NCBI RefSeq assembly: GCF_000039765.1
Contig: NC_004459.3
Location: 2,271,127 to 2,303,126 of the forward strand
DNA length: 32,000 nucleotides
Direction of reading: 5' to 3'
DNA from: Vibrio vulnificus CMCP6
GTDB taxonomy: Bacteria; Pseudomonadota; Gammaproteobacteria; Enterobacterales; Vibrionaceae
Under the pieces are notes generated by a model. It searched no databases. It was not told where the DNA came from and was given only the letters and a program-made list of their open reading frames with translations. The translations under genes were made by a program, and so were the position numbers. Of this stretch, positions 16,280 to 22,989 are shown piece by piece (position 1 is the stretch's first letter; each line of letters opens with the position of its first letter).

Positions 16280-17824
16280 GTGCGCCTAGAAGTCTTTTGC
16301 GAAGACAGACTCGGCTTAACCCGAGAGCTGCTCGATATATTAGCCTCCAAAAATATCGATTTACGAGGTATCGAAATTGATATCAGTGGCATCATTTATC
16401 TCAATTGCCCTGATATAGACTTTGATACCTTCAGTCTACTGATGGCAGAAATTCGTCGAATCTCTGGCGTGAAAGACGTGCGTAAAATCCAATTTATGCC
16501 GATGGAACGCCATAACACCGAGTTGATTTCACTCGTCAACAACTTGCCCGATCCCGTCTTGGCAATAGACCTAAAGGGCGCGGTGGACATGGCGAACCGA
16601 GCAGCGTTGGCGCTGATTGGTAAAACTGAAAAAGAGGTGATTGGTGCGCCGATAGCCGCGCTCCTACCCAGTTTGAAGTTTAGTCGTTGGTCAGAAGGCG
16701 AACAGCACCGCCAGCGAGAAAGCATGGTGATCGATGGCCTCGATTATCTACTTGAGTTCATGCCCGTCTATATCCAAGATGAATCCAAACAATCCACCTT
16801 TGCCAGTACGGTTGTAATGGTGCGCGGTGCTAAAGCGAATTCGGTGGATAGTCATCAACTCTCCCCGCACAGTGAACTGGGTTTTGAGCATTTTGTTGGC
16901 GTTTCCAATCGTCATAAAGCCCTCATTGGTCAAGCTAAAAAACTGGCTTTACTCGATCAGCCTTTGCTTATTGAAGGGGAAACAGGAACGGGTAAGGAGA
17001 TGCTGGCGAAAGCGTGTCACAACCGTTCTCATCGCGCGGGCAAGCCCTTTTTGGTGCTGAGTTGTGCATCCATGCCCGATGATGTGGCCGAAACCGAGTT
17101 GTTTGGTCATGCCCCGGGTTCTTTTAATCATCAGCAAGGCCACAAAGGCATTTTCGAGCAGGCTAATGGCGGCACCGTTTTCCTCGATGAGATCGGTGAA
17201 ATGAGCCCCCATTTGCAGATTAAGCTGCTGCGTTTCTTGCAGGATGGCAATTTCCGCCGCGTTGGCGCAGAAGAAGAGATGCACGTCGATGTGAGAATCA
17301 TCGCATCCACCAAACACAATTTGGCTGCGTTAGCTGAAGCGGGATCGTTTCGTGAAGATCTTTTCTACCGACTCAATGTGTTGACCTTGTCGATCCCATC
17401 TTTGCGTTCTCGCTCCAGTGATATTGGCCCTCTGCTGGATCTTTTTGTTGCCAAGCATTGCCAAAAATTGGCGATTAGAAAGCCAGAATACGAAGCGAAA
17501 CTGATGGACGAGCTCACTGCCTATCAATGGCCGGGTAACATGCGCCAACTGGACAACATGGTGTTGCGTGCGCTTACCGAGATGGATGACGATGTATTGA
17601 AAGCAGAGCATTTCCATTTGCCACAACCGGCTGCGGTAGCCACTTCTAACGCCCAAGTGAAGCTGGACGGTTCACTCGATGAGATCATGCGAGATTACGA
17701 ATCGCAAGTATTGGAACGTTTGTATCAATCTTTCCCATCCAGCCGTAAGTTAGCGAAGCGCTTGAATGTCTCACACACCTCGATAGCCAATAAGCTAAGA
17801 GACTACGGAATTAAGAAACACTGA
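16280..17824 (+). CDS. tyrR: Aromatic amino acid transcriptional regulator TyrR (ACT-PAS-AAA+-HTH)
   Basis: 514 aa with a GTG start. The first 22 aa (MRLEVFCEDRLGLTRELLDILA) are almost identical to E. coli TyrR. Walker A GETGTGKE. No GAFTGA loop, as in enteric TyrR. C-terminal HTH is RKLAKRLNVSHTSIANKLRDYG. Confidence 0.95.
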   Translation: MRLEVFCEDRLGLTRELLDILASKNIDLRGIEIDISGIIYLNCPDIDFDTFSLLMAEIRRISGVKDVRKIQFMPMERHNTELISLVNNLPDPVLAIDLKGAVDMANRAALALIGKTEKEVIGAPIAALLPSLKFSRWSEGEQHRQRESMVIDGLDYLLEFMPVYIQDESKQSTFASTVVMVRGAKANSVDSHQLSPHSELGFEHFVGVSNRHKALIGQAKKLALLDQPLLIEGETGTGKEMLAKACHNRSHRAGKPFLVLSCASMPDDVAETELFGHAPGSFNHQQGHKGIFEQANGGTVFLDEIGEMSPHLQIKLLRFLQDGNFRRVGAEEEMHVDVRIIASTKHNLAALAEAGSFREDLFYRLNVLTLSIPSLRSRSSDIGPLLDLFVAKHCQKLAIRKPEYEAKLMDELTAYQWPGNMRQLDNMVLRALTEMDDDVLKAEHFHLPQPAAVATSNAQVKLDGSLDEIMRDYESQVLERLYQSFPSSRKLAKRLNVSHTSIANKLRDYGIKKH

Positions 17825-17825
17825 T

Positions 17826-18401
17826 ATGGGTGCTGATCAACATTTCATTTATCAAGTTGACGAAGGATTGGTGCTAAGAACCGTTAATGTGAGCGATGCC
17901 GCGATGGTTTCTCAGTACTTTCAACGCAATCAAACCTTTTTGAAACCGTGGGAGCCGACACGTGAAGCGTCGTTTTTCACCGAAGCGGGTTGGGCGCAAA
18001 AACTGATCAAGCTCCATGAGCTACATCGAATGAAACTAGGCTTTTACTGCGTTTTGATTGAAGAGCAAACGAATGAGATGGTTGGGACCATCTCATTTAG
18101 CAATTTGTCGAAGTTTCCTTTTTACGCCTGCAATGTGGGGTATTCGTTAGCTGAAGAGGCTCAAGGAAAAGGGTACATGCGCCGCGGATTAAAAATGGCG
18201 TGTGACTATATGTTTGAGCAGCTAAACTTGCACCGTATTCAAGCCGCGTATATGCCGCATAATCACCGCAGTGCTGGTGTGCTAGAGCATCTCGGTTTTT
18301 GCAAAGAGGGCTTTGCGCATTCCTATCTTTTGATTGATGGGCAGTGGCAAGACCACGTCTTGACCTCCTTAATCAACCCTAACTGGCGAGTTGAAAAGTA
18401 A
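17826..18401 (+). CDS. rimJ: RimJ/RimL-type GNAT N-acetyltransferase
   Basis: 191 aa. Blocks shared with E. coli RimJ as I recall it: FLKPWEP, ISFSN, GYSL..QGKGYM, HRIQAAYMPHNHRSAGVLEHLGF.KEG, YLLIDGQWQDHVLT. It could be a paralogue rather than the true S5 acetylase. Starts 2 nt after the tyrR stop. Confidence 0.75.
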   Translation: MGADQHFIYQVDEGLVLRTVNVSDAAMVSQYFQRNQTFLKPWEPTREASFFTEAGWAQKLIKLHELHRMKLGFYCVLIEEQTNEMVGTISFSNLSKFPFYACNVGYSLAEEAQGKGYMRRGLKMACDYMFEQLNLHRIQAAYMPHNHRSAGVLEHLGFCKEGFAHSYLLIDGQWQDHVLTSLINPNWRVEK

Positions 18402-18988
18402 TGGAACGATTGAACAAGCAACTGGCATTGCTGATGGAGCTGGACAAGCTGAAATCGGTACTGCGTCGCACGCGAGTCAAAAGTGCAGATAAACGTTTGG
18501 AAAACAGTGCAGAGCACAGTTGGCATGTCGCTTTAATGGCGTTATTGATGGAAGAGCATGCTAATGAGCCTGTCGACATCTGCCGCGTAGTGAAAATGTT
18601 GCTGCTGCATGACGTAGTAGAAATTGATGCCGGCGATACCTTTGTGTACGATGCGGTCGCGTCAGAACAGCAAGCGGAAAAAGAGCTAGCAGCCGCTCGC
18701 CGTTTATTTGGCATGTTGCCGGCTGACCAAGGAGAAGAATTACTTCAACTTTGGTTAGAGTTTGAAGCCGCGCAAACGGCAGATGCCAAGTTTGGCAAGG
18801 CGTTAGATCGAATCATTCCTATGCTGCTTAACTACCACAACCAAGGACAAAGTTGGCAAGAGCATGGCGTGACTCGCCAGCAAGCGTTGACGGTGAATCA
18901 GAAAATCGACCTTGGTTCCCATGTGTTATGGGATAAGGCGCAAGAAATTATTGAACAGGCAACCCAAAATGGGTGGCTGAAAGCTTAA
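18401..18988 (+). CDS. HD-domain phosphohydrolase (YfbR/HDDC2-like 5'-nucleotidase family)
   Basis: 195 aa. Metal ligands ENSAEHSWHVALMA and LLLHDVVEIDAGD. 1-nt overlap (TAATG) with the preceding GNAT gene. Confidence 0.78.
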   Translation: MERLNKQLALLMELDKLKSVLRRTRVKSADKRLENSAEHSWHVALMALLMEEHANEPVDICRVVKMLLLHDVVEIDAGDTFVYDAVASEQQAEKELAAARRLFGMLPADQGEELLQLWLEFEAAQTADAKFGKALDRIIPMLLNYHNQGQSWQEHGVTRQQALTVNQKIDLGSHVLWDKAQEIIEQATQNGWLKA

Positions 18989-18997
18989 GGAACCTGA

Positions 18998-19471
18998 ATG
19001 TCTTATTTAACTTTGGACCAATACCAAAGAAAATGGATTTTTACGCATCCGTCGATGCCAGTGCCACAAGAAGATCTCGCGCACATTCGCCCGATGGATC
19101 AGGCACGCTCTGCGCAGTTTTGGAAAGAGAACATCAGCGCCCATAGCCCAGATGCAGAACGTCTTGGTAGCGATGATTGGCCAACGAAACAGAGTAATTG
19201 GTTAACTGAAATTGACTGGATGGCGTCTTGGGAAGCCGATGAACCAGACATGCCAGAGGAAATTCTTCAGCATATTGATTGGCAAGATGATGTGACGGTC
19301 TATTTTTGTTACGAAAAATACAACGTGATTGAAACCAAGTGGGTCATTTTCCGCAAACATTGGAAAAACTTCTTGTTCTACGATGACGGCCCGATTTTGC
19401 TGGGTAGACGTCGCCAGCAGGCTCTGTGGTTTGCTACCGATGGAACAGTGAAACTGGGGCAAAGAAGCTGA
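18998..19471 (+). CDS. Conserved hypothetical cytoplasmic protein (157 aa, Trp-rich, acidic middle region)
   Basis: ORF begins 9 nt after the HD gene and is followed by a strong terminator. No motif that I can assign confidently. Confidence 0.6.
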   Translation: MSYLTLDQYQRKWIFTHPSMPVPQEDLAHIRPMDQARSAQFWKENISAHSPDAERLGSDDWPTKQSNWLTEIDWMASWEADEPDMPEEILQHIDWQDDVTVYFCYEKYNVIETKWVIFRKHWKNFLFYDDGPILLGRRRQQALWFATDGTVKLGQRS

Positions 19472-19521
19472 TCAACCCCAAGTCGGTCAATAATTAGCTT
19501 AATCATTAGCTTAGTCACTAG

Positions 19522-19549
19522 AAGCAGCGTGTTTACGCTGCTTTTTTTA
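19522..19549 (+). terminator. Rho-independent terminator ending the tyrR-rimJ-HD-hypothetical gene string
   Basis: 9-bp stem aagcagcgt / acgctgctt, gttt loop, followed by seven T. Confidence 0.88.
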
Positions 19550-19592
19550 TGAGCGTTTAGTGAGGTAAGGCACAGTTCAGTAAGTTTTTTCG

Positions 19593-19608
19593 TGTGACTT
19601 CAGTTTCA
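19593..19608. promoter_or_regulatory. CRP-like half-conserved site upstream of the carrier-kinase-receiver module
   Basis: TGTGA-CTTCAG-TTTCA versus TGTGA-N6-TCACA (8/10 positions). Lies 107 nt upstream of ATG 19715. Confidence 0.3.
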
Positions 19609-19714
19609 TTGATCTAACGCCAAATTTTGTTTTGAAACACGCGCGCATAATTTCTTGTCTATCCCCGTAGAGCCAAAGCTCTAAGGTGTCCATCTCAGGA
19701 AGAGAAGTTGTATT

Positions 19715-21133
19715 ATGCGCCCGTATCTGAAGTTTATTATCCCTATTATCATTCCGTTGATTGTGCTGTTGTTGCCATTGTCAGCCTTTCCGTTTGAAGC
19801 CATGACCATCGTGCAGCAGCGTGTGATTGCCATTTTCTTATTGGCGGCGTTGTGTTGGGTATTTGAGCCGATTCCCATCTATGCCACGTCCGTCGTCATT
19901 ATTGTTTTAGAGCTTTTATTGGTTTCCGACAAAGGCCTGTACCTCTTCCGGCTAAACGAAGGCAGTGAAACCTTTGGGCAATTGCTGTCTTACAGTGAAA
20001 TCATGGCAACCTTTGCCAGCCCAATCATCATGCTTTTCTTAGGTGGATTCTTTCTAGCGATGGCGGCCACCAAATACCGCCTAGATGTGAACTTGGCACG
20101 CGTGCTGCTCAAGCCATTTGGCCAAGACCCTAAATTCGTTATGTTGGGGCTGATGCTGATCACTGCGATTTTCTCGATGTTTATGTCCAATACCGCGACG
20201 ACGGCCATGATGCTTTCCATCTTAACGCCAGTGATTGCGGTGTTTGGCCCAAAAGACCCAGGGCGAATTGCCTTTGCGCTTTGTATTCCGGTTGCGGCCA
20301 ACATTGGTGGCATCGGCACGCCAATTGGTACGCCACCTAATGCCATCGCTCTAAAATATCTGGTGGGTGACAACCTGATTACATTCGGCGAATGGATGAT
20401 GTTCGGCGTACCTTTTGTTGTGGTGATGATGGCGTTAGCTTGGTTTTTGATCACGGCGATGTACCGAGCGGAAATTCCCAAAATTGAGCTTTCTATCAAA
20501 GGTAAATTTCTCAAAACGCCGAAAGCAATCGTGGTTTACATCACCTTTGGTTTAACCATTCTTCTATGGTTGATGGGCTCAGCGCACGGCATGAACTCGT
20601 ACACCGTCGCCCTGATTCCTGTCGCGGTCTTTTCCATCACAGGCATCATTAACAAAGAAGATCTGAAGAAAATCTCCTGGGATGTGCTTTGGCTGGTTTC
20701 GGGCGGTATCGCTCTTGGTTTGGCTCTGGATAAAACAGGCCTTGCCAAGTTGGTGGTGCACAGTATCCCATTTGATGAGTTCTCGCCTTATATCGTCTTG
20801 TTTGGCGCGGCATTCCTCTGCTTAGTGATGGCGAACTTTATGTCGCATACCGCCACGGCTAACTTGCTGATGCCAATCATGGCTGCATTGGGGATTTCTA
20901 TGACTTCATTAACGCCATTGGGCGGAGAAGTGACACTGATTTTAGTGGTGACGATGGCCGCTTCCTTGGGCATGTCGTTGCCTATCAGTACGCCCCCTAA
21001 TGCATTGGCACATGCCACTGGGCATGTCCAAAGTAATCAAATGGCGCGTGTGGGCGTGATTTTGGGCGTTGTTGGCGTATTGCTCAGCTTTGTTATGGTC
21101 TGGATCCTTCATATGGTTGGACACATCGGGTAG
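19715..21133 (+). CDS. DASS/SLC13-type (divalent anion:Na+ symporter superfamily) permease
   Basis: 472 aa polytopic protein. Duplicated hairpin signatures: FMSNTATTAMM...GTPIGTPPNAIAL and FMSHTATANLLM...LPISTPPNALAH. Confidence 0.85.
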   Translation: MRPYLKFIIPIIIPLIVLLLPLSAFPFEAMTIVQQRVIAIFLLAALCWVFEPIPIYATSVVIIVLELLLVSDKGLYLFRLNEGSETFGQLLSYSEIMATFASPIIMLFLGGFFLAMAATKYRLDVNLARVLLKPFGQDPKFVMLGLMLITAIFSMFMSNTATTAMMLSILTPVIAVFGPKDPGRIAFALCIPVAANIGGIGTPIGTPPNAIALKYLVGDNLITFGEWMMFGVPFVVVMMALAWFLITAMYRAEIPKIELSIKGKFLKTPKAIVVYITFGLTILLWLMGSAHGMNSYTVALIPVAVFSITGIINKEDLKKISWDVLWLVSGGIALGLALDKTGLAKLVVHSIPFDEFSPYIVLFGAAFLCLVMANFMSHTATANLLMPIMAALGISMTSLTPLGGEVTLILVVTMAASLGMSLPISTPPNALAHATGHVQSNQMARVGVILGVVGVLLSFVMVWILHMVGHIG

Positions 21134-21137
21134 CCCC

Positions 21138-22493
21138 ATGTATTTGAGCAAATTAGAAGCACTGATTGAGCGTTACTTCTGTAATCCAGAGCGTCAAATT
21201 ACGTTGGAAGCGGGAGCGGTCGTCATTGTGCAGCAAGGCTACAACGACCGTCTGTTTTTCGTTCTTCAAGGTGAGCTGGAAGGTTACTTTTCTGAACATG
21301 AGGAGAAACAAGTACGCGTTTTTTCTGCCTCGCAAGGGGCATTTATTGGCGTGCACAGTTTCTTTTCTGGTACTTGGACAGCATCGTCGACGGTGATGGC
21401 CAAGAGCGAAGTAACACTGGCTTGGATTGATCGCAGCACGCCTGCCGTTGAAGTCGAAGAGTTTGGCCCGCTTACCACGCAATTTATGCCGGTGATAGTG
21501 AATGAGCTTTCGCGTCGTCAAAGGCGAGCAACGCAAGAGGCGGTGGCCAAAGAGAAGGTGTTACAGAGGTTACATAACGCCGAGCAAATGACCACATTAG
21601 GCCAACTTGCGGCGGGGTTGGCGCACGAGCTTAATAACGCCATTGGGGTGGTCAGTAGCAAAGCTGAAAGACTCGAAACCATTATTCTGGAACTGCTTGA
21701 AGAACTGCACCCAGAAGCGAACCAATTCTTCGATATTGGCTTGCTTGCGGGACAAAATGTGCCAACAAGCACGGCAAGACAAAATGCCAAGTTGTTGGAG
21801 CAGAAATATGGTTTGGAGAAAAAACAGGCCAAAGCGTTAGCGAAAGCGATACCTGATGGTTTGGTTAACCCACACTGGTTGAACAACCCAGATCAAGCCA
21901 TTCGTTATTGGGGAATGGGGTGTGATTTACACGATCTGCGTTTGGCGGCCAAACACACGGTTGGTATTGTGAAATCGGTCAAACAGCTCGGTAGGGCGGA
22001 TTCGGATCGCATTAGCAAAGTTAATATTGGCGACACCATTAATCAAGCCATCGCGCTTTTGCAAAGTGAGCTGCGCCGTGTCGAAGTGCGTCTTCGTCCA
22101 TCTCCTGTCGAATCGATTTGGGCTTCGGAGACCGAATTGGTGCAAGTTTGGGTCAATATCATCAAGAACGCCTGTGACGCGATGCAAAACACGCTATCGC
22201 CGCAGTTGGAGATACGTGTTCATCAAGAAGGCAAGCGCATTTTGGTCACGATCGCCAACAATGGCTCTGCCTTAGATGAGGCAACAAGACGCAAAATTTT
22301 TCAGCCTAACTTCACCACCAAAAAAGGCGGGCTGTCATTTGGACTGGGTTTAGGGTTATCGATTGTGAAGCGAATTGTCACCGGCCTAGGAGGCTCGATT
22401 GTGGTGAAAAGCGATGACCAAGCCACTATTTTTAGAATCAAATTGCCAACAGAGGGAAATCATGGAGAAACTGAACCTAATATGCGTGGATGA
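21138..22493 (+). CDS. Soluble sensor histidine kinase with N-terminal CAP/cNMP-binding-like beta-barrel domain
   Basis: 451 aa from ATG 21138, 4 nt after the carrier stop. The track ORF extension back to 21069 lies inside the carrier gene. CAP-like region ITLEAGAVVIVQQGYNDRLFFVLQGELEGYF...GAFIGVHSFF...VMAKSEVTLAWIDR. H-box LAHELNNAIGVV, N-box VNIIKNACDAM, G2 GLGLGLSIVKRIV. No TM segment. Confidence 0.85.
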   Translation: MYLSKLEALIERYFCNPERQITLEAGAVVIVQQGYNDRLFFVLQGELEGYFSEHEEKQVRVFSASQGAFIGVHSFFSGTWTASSTVMAKSEVTLAWIDRSTPAVEVEEFGPLTTQFMPVIVNELSRRQRRATQEAVAKEKVLQRLHNAEQMTTLGQLAAGLAHELNNAIGVVSSKAERLETIILELLEELHPEANQFFDIGLLAGQNVPTSTARQNAKLLEQKYGLEKKQAKALAKAIPDGLVNPHWLNNPDQAIRYWGMGCDLHDLRLAAKHTVGIVKSVKQLGRADSDRISKVNIGDTINQAIALLQSELRRVEVRLRPSPVESIWASETELVQVWVNIIKNACDAMQNTLSPQLEIRVHQEGKRILVTIANNGSALDEATRRKIFQPNFTTKKGGLSFGLGLGLSIVKRIVTGLGGSIVVKSDDQATIFRIKLPTEGNHGETEPNMRG

Positions 22494-22938
22494 TCAGCGC
22501 GAAGTGCTTAATGCGGTGGTGCAGGATCTAGACGGTTTAGCTGACTGGCTAAATATTGAAGAGTGCGAATCTGGTCATGAAGCGTTGGAGCTGATCGATG
22601 AGCTCGATGCGGATGGCGAGTTTATCGCTGTGGTGATTTCAGACCATGTGATGCCGGGAATGACCGGTGTCGAGCTTTTGCGAACGCTGCACACGGATGC
22701 TCGATTCTTCAAAACACGCAAGGTATTGCTCACAGGGCAAGCCACGCATAGCGATACCATCGAAGCGATCAATTCCGCTGGTATTGTGCGCTATTTCGAA
22801 AAACCTTGGAAAAAACAAGAACTCGTACAGTGCATTCGTGAATTGGTGACCGATTTTATTTTCGATCAGGGACTGGACTACCAGATTTGGCATGATGAAC
22901 TGGATCAAGCGGGCGTGCTGAAACATCTGCATCCTTGA
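22462..22938 (+). CDS. Single-domain response regulator (receiver only, short acidic C-terminal tail)
   Basis: 158 aa from ATG 22462 (SD agaggga), overlapping the kinase by 32 nt. Acidic pocket CVDDQ, phospho-acceptor VVISDHVMPGMTG, LLTGQAT, FEKPW. No recognisable output domain. Confidence 0.85.
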   Translation: MEKLNLICVDDQREVLNAVVQDLDGLADWLNIEECESGHEALELIDELDADGEFIAVVISDHVMPGMTGVELLRTLHTDARFFKTRKVLLTGQATHSDTIEAINSAGIVRYFEKPWKKQELVQCIRELVTDFIFDQGLDYQIWHDELDQAGVLKHLHP

Positions 22939-22989
22939 GTCAAAGATGGCGATGTGGAAGGCATGAGTGACTGAGAGTTGAGCTGGGCG

